Assembly (NCBI RefSeq): GCF_006345805.1
Contig: NW_021824396.1
Coordinates: 1-18,178 of the forward strand
DNA length: 18,178 nucleotides
Source of the DNA: Octopus sinensis
Taxonomy: Eukaryota
Direction: 5' to 3'
In this document: positions 8,953-18,178 of the stretch, in pieces
Layout: each line of letters opens with the position of its first letter
How positions within the stretch are numbered: the stretch's first letter is position 1
Position numbers and translations under genes: made by a program
Notes under the pieces: model-generated
Database searches by the model: none
What the model was told of the DNA's origin: nothing
The model's input: the letters and a program-made list of their open reading frames with translations, nothing else

Positions 8953-10744
8953 TATGTTTACATTGAAACCAATTATTAAGGTTAACATTTAAAAAAATAC
9001 ACAGACTGGAATAACATATGCGTACCAGGCGTGACTTGAACTCCCAATTCCTTGTTGGTGACTCTAATGTTTGAGTAACATTTACCAGATCCCTACAGAC
9101 ATTCTTAGACTCCCACTTGTTGCCTTCTTGATGATATTAATGCTAATAGAGGTAAGGTCTTCAGAGTGTTTCACCTTTTGGTTTTACTTCTGACTTGATT
9201 ATCCTGTTCAAAGCAGATTATGAAACTTGGTCGTTGTTATTTGACCAAGTAAAGACATTTTTATTAGTATTTGGCACTGAACTTGGTAACAATTTTGTTT
9301 GGTTGCTCATGGGACTACCATATTATTATTTATGCTGAGACACAATCATATTCATTTTAATGAGGGTCACATGTTCTTCACTTGGATTATGATATAATCC
9401 ATATAGATTATCTAGTATTGCACCACCAAGCACAGTGGTAGTGTATCACATATACACCCCATTAACATGATAATTAATCAGCTCTCATTCATTAACTTTC
9501 TTACACATGTCTGAAAAGTAACCTCATTTTGTCATGGCATCATCTTGCACCTAACATTTTACAACTTGTTACCCTCCGTGTAAATATATTGTTTTACTTG
9601 GGTAAAGGGCCACATCCTTACAAACTGGGATTATTGACCCTTATAATCCAGTAAGGTTCAGATGTTAATCTCACTTGGCTTCATTTCATTTATGTGACAC
9701 TCTAATACTTTATAAAATATATCTTAATTAGTGACACTTTTCAATTAGTTGATTTTAATTAGCTTTATTGACAAATGTGGTGGTGGTGGTGGAGTGGGGT
9801 GTGAGTTGGGTCACACATTCCTTGTAATGTTATTCTTGTATTAACAATGATATCAGAAGAACAGTTTCTGTCAGTGAAATCCTCCTGCACAGGTGTAACC
9901 CTTGTGTTTTCAAGTTTGTTGGAAACTGGGTTTTCATCCAATTGAGCTTCACCACATTGATATAGGGGACATCAAAAGGGTATGATTAATGCATAGATGA
10001 GGTTTGATAGAGATGTCCTTTATTCTTGAGAACCAGTTCTTTTCTACCATTTCAGATATTTTTCTTTTGCAATAACGTGTGGATGAACAGTTATATGTAG
10101 TGAATGAGGTTTTGTGCAGTGTTTTAGGACACCTGTTATTATTTTCTGTTCCACCTGTGTAGAACTAATCATCGCTCACCTGAAAAATAGCTGATTTATT
10201 ATGGAAAGGGAATGAAATTCAAATATTTCCTGAATCAGCTGACATTCTGATGAACCGTGATGTGGGGCAGTTAGAATTAAAGATTTCCAGCAGCTCCCTT
10301 CAACAAAGGGATCAGGTGTATGTTTATCCTAGTTGGTGTGTCATGATATTGTGCTCTAGGTCTTTGGAGGACTGACTTGGTTGACATAGGAATTAAGCAG
10401 AAAATGAGAAGAATGTTGGAAGTGAGAGGACAATGCCATGCCATTGACTTGGCAGAGATATAAGAAAGGAAAGACAAAACTAGAAAAGCATTTTCATTAA
10501 GTGATGATAATTAAGAGATAATTGTTACGTTGATTGTGTAGAATGTCTTACTAAAGAGAAGAGGCTGAGGAAGTTTAGTCTGGTGTGGTACCACTGTAGA
10601 AAGTATAAAAATGTTGATCCAAGCCATGGTGGTCACCAATTGACCATTGATAATAGGAATACCGCATGATAATAAAATGTAGATTATTAACAGAGATAAA
10701 GAAATTTTACTACAAATTGCAAAATTTCAACATATTTATTTCAG

Positions 10745-10816
10745 AGAGTCGAAAGCTGAAGGAGAAGGATCTTCTGAAAGTGGCCAAGAAGTTAGGGAAT
10801 AATTGGTGGCAAGTGG
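10745..10816 (+). CDS. Exon encoding the N-terminal part of a death domain
   Basis: Acceptor TTTATTTCAG| and donor G|GTGAGT; 72 bp, phase 1/1: (E)SRKLKEKDLLKVAKKLGNNWWQV(G). Matches the death-domain pattern LxxVAxxLGxxWxxLG. Confidence 0.9.
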
Positions 10817-12899
10817 GTGAGTATGAAATAACCGAATTGCTTTCTGTAAAGTTTACTTCCACCGGAGCTATTTTGTTTATCAAAATGTCTGAGAACCGGT
10901 TCCATTCCTAATTTCCAATTGAAAGGTTAACTCTAAAGATATTAAAGAGATTGATATTACTGGAATTTCATAAAATATCCACCACGGTTAGCACTGTGGT
11001 TGGTAATAATGGCTAAATTAGAAGACGCAATAGAGTTAATATTGTCTTATGGAGCTGGAAAGTAAAATTCATTGTTGTTTAAGAGTAAACAGGTGAGTTA
11101 ATGGACAATGTCTTTGTTTTACATTTTAAGTCTGTTGCTAAATTATTGTAATGAAGGAAATATTTGCTGAGTTAACAACCAGAATAAGTTTTCCTTATTC
11201 CAGCTGAAGACTTAAAGTTTGGTTTTTTTTGAAATGATTGAAAACATTAATTGTATAAGAAGCCGATGAATAATCCTATTTATATCAACCTACTGGAAGA
11301 TGTCCTGCCACAGATCTGGAGATGCCTCAATAAAAAGAGGCTTAATAGAGGTCGCTCTGCTCAATCTATTCTCCCCAGGCAAAAAGAGAGGATTCCCCTG
11401 AGGGAATTTACCGGAAAATGAATATTCACAAGTGAGGCCAAACTGGCAGAGGCTTCTCTCTCTGTGATTGATATAATAATAAATGAATAAGCTCCGGAGA
11501 TGTGATTGAATCCGGAGTTCATTGGAGATTGGTCAAAAGAAATATCACTGATCATTCGATTGTCAGAGTCCTGTTGGGAAGTTTGTAACGTGATAGATTG
11601 CACAGAGAGACACTAATTTCATGACCTGGGTATACTGAGAGAGGGGGTTGATTCAATTAATTCAACCTCATCCACTAAAGGGTCATATTTGGACTCAAAA
11701 TAACAGACCCCGGTTTAGTCAACCAAGTTATGATTGATGTCCCATTTAGAAATTGTCTGGAAAGATTACAAATTTATTCATAGGGAATTACATTACTGTC
11801 CAAAACAGAGAATGGATTGTGTGAAAACAACCTCCTAAAATTTCCGGGTTTTCTAGTGTGGCAGGCAAGTTCTATAGCTTTCAAAGAATACCATTGTATT
11901 GTTCACATTGTCCATTTTTTTCTTGTGTGATGCCGCTGTCTTTTACTTGGGATCACAGGACTACATCATTGACTGTGTCCATTTTAACAGGACAGAGTGT
12001 ATTTTGAGTGACGTGTTGTAGCTTCTCCACTGTCAAGTGTCCATCTAGTTGACGATCACACTTCACTCGCATGCAGTCGTCAGTTGAATGTGGTGCAGCA
12101 TTTTTGCCTCTCCACTGTCCAGTGTTTGTCTAAGTTGAAGAACACACTTTACTCAGATAAAGTGTTTAATTGTATGTAGGTGTATGGCAGAGATGCTGGT
12201 CACTCCTGTCTTCTTTCCTGCTAGCTGAAACTCTAAAACCTCTCCGTTATCAACTTCTCTCTAAATTGTGGCATTCAGCCAGTGAAAGAGGTCCTTATTA
12301 CGAGTCATGAACCCAAAATGGTTAAGCTGGTGTCTTCTAAAATATGTGGTGTGTACCTAACAGTATTATATTTTGTACTTTGTGTAATTAAGACCATTCT
12401 GGTGTCATGCTTATTTGTATTTTAATTGGTCCAGGTGTCCGTAGTATGACTGGTATTGCTTGATGGTTCAGTCTCCACTTTTTCTAAATGCTGAGACGTT
12501 TTTAGTGAAGAAGCCGGCATGTAGGGTTTCTCTTCGCTGTGTTCTGTGGTGCTCGTGTCATGCATAACAAGTAATGAAGTAAAGACAGGTTTTCAGAATG
12601 TATATTACATTGATATTGATAATTTGGAATCTCTTGTTATTGGTATGAGGTGAATGCATGAAACGACAGAATGAATATATATATATATACATACATATAT
12701 ATATATATATATAAACGTGGTGGTTTTGTCTGGTGGTGGCCACTATAAAGAGAGCGACGTTAGTCTAGCTGTGTCTGACCACACGAGTTGAGTAACCAGT
12801 GGATAGGCGAAAAGTTAAGCCTAAAAGAGAAAGTGCCAGAGAGAGCCAGGCAAAAAGAGAGAATTGTGTGGTAGATCACTTTTTATAGTCGAGTGGTGG

Positions 12900-13122
12900 T
12901 AATTGCAAGACGGATATTCTTTAAGCTGAGCCACTTGACCGGAGACCAAGGAATAGACCAAGAATGAGATTGTTGGATAATATCTAAAGTCTTAATTGGT
13001 GAAGCTTGAGAATCCAACTGGACAGTAAGATGAAAGTAACTTTGAAGGGGGTTCCCTGGCGACTCTACCCCCCACAACCCTTTTATGAACAGAGGGTAGA
13101 GAAAATGGATAGATGGATGAGA
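12900..13122 (+). mobile_element. Old RTE-clade 3' remnant resembling Rex3/Expander
   Basis: AEPLDRRPRNRPRMRLLDNI*SLNW*SLRI...LYPPQP resembles the RTE C-terminus GRRPRGRPRxRWxDxVxxLxWxxLxI...LLPPRP. Followed by a hairpin CTCTACCC (13063-13070)/GGGTAGAG (13094-13101) and an ATGG-like tail. Confidence 0.55.
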
Positions 13123-13467
13123 TAATGTGACTCTTTGGGTGATATTAATTGATTCTTTAGGGTCTCATATGCTATTACCCACACAACCATTTTCCCTGCC
13201 ATCTCTTTACCAGAAATTCTCTCAAATGTAATTTTCAATACTTTTAAAACACAATTTTCTCCGTTTTAATCTTCTTTTCCAACAACTTTGTTACTTTTTA
13301 ATCAGAATTCATACAAACAGAGAACAATGTCCTACATTTTCCATATTTCTTGACTATTTTCAAAATTTCTCTCTTGAAGTTTCTTTGTTAGAACAACCTA
13401 CAGGAGACATCTTTTATATTATTGTTGATGTTGTTATAATTATTTCTTCTTTTTGTATCTTTTGCAG

Positions 13468-13667
13468 GGATTTTCTTAGGAGTTGAAACTTCTGAACTGG
13501 AAATTCACGACGATTCTAAAGACACTGTGAAACAGGGCTACATGGTGTTGCACAAATGGTTTAAAAGTTGTGATCCAGAGAAACAAACACTCAAAACACT
13601 TGGAGATGCCCTCGAGGAAGCTGAGTGCCTTGATGCACTCAAATGTCTGTCATCAGATGTAAAGTGA
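13468..13667 (+). CDS. Terminal coding exon completing the death domain
   Basis: Strong acceptor TTCTTTTTGTATCTTTTGCAG|; joins 10816 in frame (G+GG = Gly): IFLGVETSELEIHDDSKDTVKQGYMVLHKWFKSCDPEKQTLKTLGDALEEAECLDALKCLSSDVK*, with TGA at 13665-13667. Confidence 0.92.
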
Positions 13668-13916
13668 AGCTCTGTGTAAATGTTGTTGTTTAGTTTGAGG
13701 TCAATCTCGACCAAATACAGACCTTTGGTTAAATGCATTCCAGTCATGACCATCCTGTCTTTATCCTTACGGTAGAGGAGCTACACAAACATTGTCCAGC
13801 GTATTCTTCTTTAGGGGGATAAGGTATGAATTGTGGTCGATTTGGCTACTACTTCTAGCAGATCTATCACAAAGAAATCCCTTTGCTGGTTCGTCTCCCC
13901 TGTTGTTAACTTTTGA

Positions 13917-13922
13917 AATAAA
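13917..13922 (+). promoter_or_regulatory. Candidate polyadenylation signal of the death-domain gene
   Basis: AATAAA 250 nt after the stop codon, with a downstream GU-rich (GTT)n tract at about 13944-13968. Confidence 0.6.
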
Positions 13923-14077
13923 GATAAACTTTGAACTGTTCATTTGTTGTTGTTGTTGCTATTGTTGTATGCCTCAGCACCTCCCTAAACACTTCTATTG
14001 TTCTAAAACAGTTTTAATATCCTCGCGTATATTCATAGTTATCTCCCTTTATTTCTAGCTAGCGTATATATATATAT

Positions 14078-14196
14078 ATAGAATGGTTGTATACTGTCAA
14101 TCTAACACGAACGTGACAGTACACCACCGTTGTATAGCCCTAGGAAGCATCGACGTTAGATTGACGTGTTAGATTGACAGTATACAACCATTCTAT
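14078..14196. repeat. Perfect 32-bp inverted repeat (fold-back or MITE-like)
   Basis: ATAGAATGGTTGTATACTGTCAATCTAACACG (14078-14109) is the exact reverse complement of 14165-14196; 55-bp spacer. Confidence 0.92.
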
Positions 14197-14250
14197 CGCC
14201 CCACCACCGTACATGTCTCTACGAGAGATTTAGAAATTTAGTATTTCTTA

Positions 14251-14407
14251 TATCCCATTATCTTTCATACCTCATTCGTTACTATTGTTAAACGTCTGTA
14301 CTCATACAATAACTGCTTCGTTTTTCCTATCTTTTCTCTACGAAATTTAACCCTTTAACCCTTCAATCCTTCAATCCTTAATTTCCATCTTTTCCGCCAT
14401 TCTTCTT

Positions 14408-14438
<31 letters not shown>

Positions 14439-14688
14439 GTCGCCATTACGATTTACGGTTCCCAATTTTTAGACTTCCTTTCTTCTCCAACAGCGGCTTC
14501 CGGCCTTCATATTCGCAGCAAGTTGCAAAAACATTTTATCCCTTTATCTTTCGTACCTCATTCGTTACTATTGTTAAACGTCTGTACTCATACAATAACT
14601 GCTTCGTTTTTCCTATCTTTTCTCTACGAAATTTAACCCTTTAACCCTTCAATCCTTCAATCCTTAATTTCCATCTTTTCCGCCATTC
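14251..14688 (+). repeat. 152-bp direct repeat pair separated by (TTC)n and about 100 bp of unique sequence
   Basis: 14251-14402 versus 14537-14688, two mismatches by manual comparison; (TTC)n at about 14400-14437. Confidence 0.93.
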
Positions 14689-14700
14689 GGCGGTGCCCCC

Positions 14701-15697
14701 GAAAGAAGCCAGTATGATCCGATAGATGTGTAATATCAGTGTGCATACTCGACAGAGTGTAAGTACCTTGAGAGAAAAGTTGGACCTAAGAAGCATCAGA
14801 TGTGGTGTGCGCTGGTATGGTCATGTAGTGAGAATGGATGAGGATAGTTGTGTGAAAAAGTGCCACACACTAGCGGTTGAGGGAACCTGTGGAAGAGGTA
14901 GATACAGGAAGACCTGGGATGAAGTGGTGAAGCATGACCTTCGAACTTTGGGTCTCATCAAGGAAATGACTAGTGACCGAGACTTTTGGAAATATGCCGT
15001 GCGTGAGAAGACCCAGCAAGCCAAATGAGACCATAATCTCGTGGCCTATGCCAGGGGCGTTATCAGCCCACATATGTATACCTTTTCCTTCTTTGGACAC
15101 TAAAACTCTGCTTGCGAAGACCTGTTGAGGCAAGTGGAATCAAAATCAAAATCAAATTCGATGACTGGCATCCGTGCTAGCGGGTTGCAAAGAGCACCAT
15201 ACGAGTGTGATCATTGATAGAGCGGCTAACCGGCTTCCGTACCAGTGGCACTTAAAAGGCACCATTCGAGCGTGATCGTTACCAGTGTCGCCTTACTGGC
15301 ACTCGAGCCCCGTGCTTGTAGGGTATTAAGAGCACCATCCGAGCGTGATCATTGCCAGAGCGGCTATCTGGCCTCCGTGCCGGTGGCATGTGAAAGACAC
15401 TATTCGAGTGTGATCGTTACCAGCATCGCCTTACTGGCACCTGTGCCAGTGGAATGTATAAAAGATTCAAGCGAAGTCGTTGCCAGTACCGCCTGACTGG
15501 CCCCTGTGCCAGTGACATGTAAAAGCACCCACTACACTCTTGGAGTGGTTGGTGTTAGGAAAGGCATCCAGCTGTAGAAACTCTGCCAGATCAAGATTGA
15601 AGCCTGGTGCAGCCATCTGGTTTGCCAGTCCTCAGTCATTTGTCCAACCCATGCTAGCATGGAAAGCGGACGTTAAATGATGATGATGATGATGATG
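14701..15697 (+). mobile_element. Second 5'-truncated RTE-clade LINE copy
   Basis: LREKLDLRSIRCGV..RWYGHVVRMDED..GRGRYRKTWDEVVKHDL, homologous to 2941-3300; 3' UTR repeats, shared terminal module, and (GAT)n at 15678-15697. Confidence 0.92.
15166..15530 (+). repeat. Tandem array in the RTE 3' UTR with A-B-A-B-C organisation
   Basis: Units of about 63-72 bp. Units 1 and 3 share GTGATCATTG..AGAGCGGCTA; units 2 and 4 share GTGATCGTTACCAG..TCGCCTTACTGGCAC. Confidence 0.8.
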
Positions 15698-15988
15698 TAT
15701 CTAGGGACATTTCACTTTGTCCTGTTGTGTTTCAGGCTTGGCCATTCCAAAGTGGGGGTCGTGGCACACAAATTCAGGGCGTTTTGAATGCAATTAAGAA
15801 TTATTTTCATTTTTTATTCTAGCTTTAGGATTAATATTTACTGATTTCTGCAGTTTTTCCTGAAAAAAACTTTGTGATTCTACACTTAAAAATAAATCCA
15901 AAACTTTAAAATCCAATAATAAAACTGTGCTGAAAACTCCTTTCATATTAAAATAATGACACAACATTTGTTTATTTTAATTCCATAT

Positions 15989-16313
15989 GAGGCACATGGT
16001 TCAATGGTTAGAGTACCAGGCTTCAAACCATGAGGTAGTAAGTTCGATTCTCAGGCCAGGTTGCGTGTTGTGTTCTCGACACATTATTTCACTTTGCTCC
16101 AGTTCACTCAGATGTAGAAATGAGTTGCAATACCTTTGGTGCCAAGCTGTATTGGCCCCTTTGCCTTTCCCTTGGGTAACATTGATGGCACAAAGAGGGG
16201 CAAGCTAGTATGCTGGCCTTCTATAAACAACCCTGCTCGGACTTGTGCCTAGGAGGGTAACTTTCTAGGTGCAATCTCACGGTCATTCACGACAGAAGGG
16301 AGTCTTTAACGTT
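15989..16313 (+). mobile_element. tRNA-derived SINE, third family, diverged copy
   Basis: A-box TGGTTCAATGG, B-box AAGTTCGATTC; colinear with 6561-6895. Confidence 0.85.
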
Positions 16314-17149
16314 TGTGGAAAATCCTCTTTCCAAAAAATCTTCAGATGATGGAAATGAACCCTTTCCCTCTACAATACTTCAAACTGCTCAACTTTTATT
16401 GCATTTTAATTTGCAATTAAATTCCAAGATTTTTGCATCATATACTCAGATGAAATTGTACGTAAAACCTATGAAACCTCTTAGGACTTCCTTTGGCAAT
16501 AAAATTATGTGACAGGAATCTCACTTCTGCAAAATCAAGTGAAACAAGATGGGAAGATTTGTTATTGTAGTTTTTTTTGTGATAGGAGTGAACAAATCGG
16601 TTTCGAGATTAAATCAAAATTATTTAAATTAGACCAAAAATCTTTATCCAAAAATTGATAGGGAATTACTTTTAAGAATGTTTAGTATTAAACAAATAAT
16701 TTTGTATCAAACATTATATAGAATTATTCTAATATCTCAGTGATTTTTAGCTACAATAACTGGAACTGAAATTATGTTTACACATATATGATGTAAATAC
16801 AAGATCATTTGATGTCAGTTTTCTATGTCATGTTTGGACTAAAAACACAACAAAATAATAATAAATTTGATTTGTCTTCCTGAAAGTTGAATGAAACCAT
16901 AAGTTACTGTTGATACGAATTTATTGGAATATTTTTTGTTTTGAATTTAATATGTAATAATAAAATGTTGCCCATAGATAAGTGGTTGAATTTATCAAAG
17001 CATGAAACCACAGAAAATATTGATGATAAGGCTGAAGAGAGTCACAAACGTCAAGGAGTGTCAGGAACTCACAGGTAAGCAATTCTCTGAGTACAACACA
17101 GTTTTACATCAAAAGCAGGAAGCTATTGTGGATTTACTTTTACTTTGAA

Positions 17150-18178
17150 CATATTGAAAAAAATACCTGTTTGTTTAATTTGTAACGATTGTTTGGTGTC
17201 TTGAAGTGTGAAGCCTACAGAAATTAGAAATATTTTAATTCAAGACATTCCTTCTATAGCAGGAAGCCAGTAAAATTGTTTGAAAGGATATTGGAATCTT
17301 TTAGTGCTCAGAAGCAATCTCTTGAGAACCTTCTAAATATGAAGGTAATTCTGAACATGCCTTTGATGCACAGATATACATAGAGTGACAAGCACAACCC
17401 CGAATAAAGAGAGAAGGGGGCTTTGTTCTTCAGTGATGCCTGCACACCTCCCTTCTGTCTCATCATTACACTAGCACTGTCACCGGCAAATCCTATAAAA
17501 TTTTCAAAAGGAATATCATGTAAGGTGAAGAATCTTTCAATAGAGGAAAAATTCCATTAGCAGAGCAATCCTTGGCTACAATCAATAATATTTTGAGAGT
17601 TACAATCATAAAATCGAGCTAACAAAACAAGGTGTTTTTCTTTTTTGTAATTACATCAGTAATTTCATCAACAATTAATGTAAACTTTCACTCTTTGAAC
17701 TGTTTAATGAGGTTTTCAAAGTAATTAAGGGCTTAAAATATTTCTATATATTTGAGTGGCTTTGGTTCTTGCACATTTAATATCTTTAGTTATTTTGGAA
17801 TCAGTACATGCCTTCTGAATTAGTCCAGGTACATGATCCATAAGTCTTATTGGTAAGTTATGTTCTGCAATGAAGGAACCAAGTTTAAGCTCCGAAGCTG
17901 CTTCGTTCGGAATATGAACAGAAGTTGTTGGCTGCAAAAAGTCGGTCAGGTTTCCACTTTCATGAATTAACATTTTTAATGTTTATCCGTTTTTTCCGTG
18001 CCTCTCCAGATGAGTTACACTGCCTTGAATTTCACAACGACAACATTTGCTGTATGCTCTTTCGATATTTGCTTAATACTTTTCTTTCAAAAGAACTTAA
18101 ATCAAAGTCAGTTTCATCACTGCGTTTCTCTTTCATATTCTTGTTCATCATGAGAGGAATAAATCCCTCGTAATTGAT
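17150..18178 (-). mobile_element. Decayed hAT-superfamily transposase with an N-terminal BED-like finger; probably continues past the window end
   Basis: Minus strand gives AYSKCCRCEIQGSVTHLERH (BED-like), TAA at 17983-17985, ELKLGSFIAEHNLP...DSKI...CARTKAT, FTLIVDEITD (first catalytic D region, about 17655-17669), FIGFAGDSASVM and GCACH (CxxH, 17385-17396). Several stops and frameshifts. Confidence 0.85.

Noticed and set aside
9015-9090. Possible old minus-strand SINE head (GAGTTCAAGTC B-box-like)
   Set aside because: Too degraded, with no identifiable body; if real it would weaken the strand-bias observation.
9780-9960. Minus-strand open stretch (QCGEAQLDENPV...HHHHH)
   Set aside because: No start or splice support and no recognisable motif; the His run derives from a (GGT)n microsatellite.
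7311-10744. Candidate linker exons (acceptors near 7996, 8700 and 10238; donors near 8280, 9151 and 10315)
   Set aside because: None gave a strong acceptor, a strong donor and the required phase 2-to-1 open frame together.
11361-11603. 80-aa minus-strand ORF
   Set aside because: No recognisable family or exon boundaries; a degraded repeat cannot be excluded without a search.
12010-12155. Diverged direct repeat of about 85-bp period, considered as C2H2 zinc-finger remnants
   Set aside because: The duplication is visible, but no CxxC or HxxxH pattern appears in any frame, only a weak SGE similarity to the TGEKP linker.
14346-14362. TTTAACCC x2 as an interstitial telomeric repeat or piggyBac end
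   Set aside because: Only two 8-mers inside the 152-bp unit; no array and no partner TIR.
15733-15775. CAGGCTTGGCC...CCAAAGTGGGGGTCG resembling a hAT MITE end
   Set aside because: No matching opposite terminus or target-site duplication found in the window.

Overview
AT-rich, repeat-dense eukaryotic (animal) DNA. The SINE and RTE families resemble those I recall from octopus genomes; this is an inference and has not been verified by search. The ORF track misses the main feature: the 3' part of a spliced + strand gene, reconstructed by hand from four exons. These are an ankyrin-end-like remnant (1802-1866), a Cys-rich RING-like exon (7170-7310) and two exons encoding a C-terminal death domain (10745-10816, 13468-13667), followed by a poly(A) signal at 13917. 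The gene shows two unresolved anomalies: a SINE pair sits where the 5' part of the first exon should be, and the RING exon is out of phase with the death exon. Introns and flanks hold six tRNA-derived SINE copies or fragments and two 5'-truncated RTE LINEs with tandem-repeat 3' UTRs and (GAT)n tails, one with a PHD finger inside the RT region. They also hold a solo RTE tail, an old Rex3/Expander-like remnant, a truncated Penelope-like element (GIY-YIG, inverted pseudo-LTRs, hammerhead-like motifs), a fold-back plus 152-bp direct-repeat module, and a decayed BED-hAT transposase on the minus strand. There is no rRNA, true tRNA or CRISPR array.
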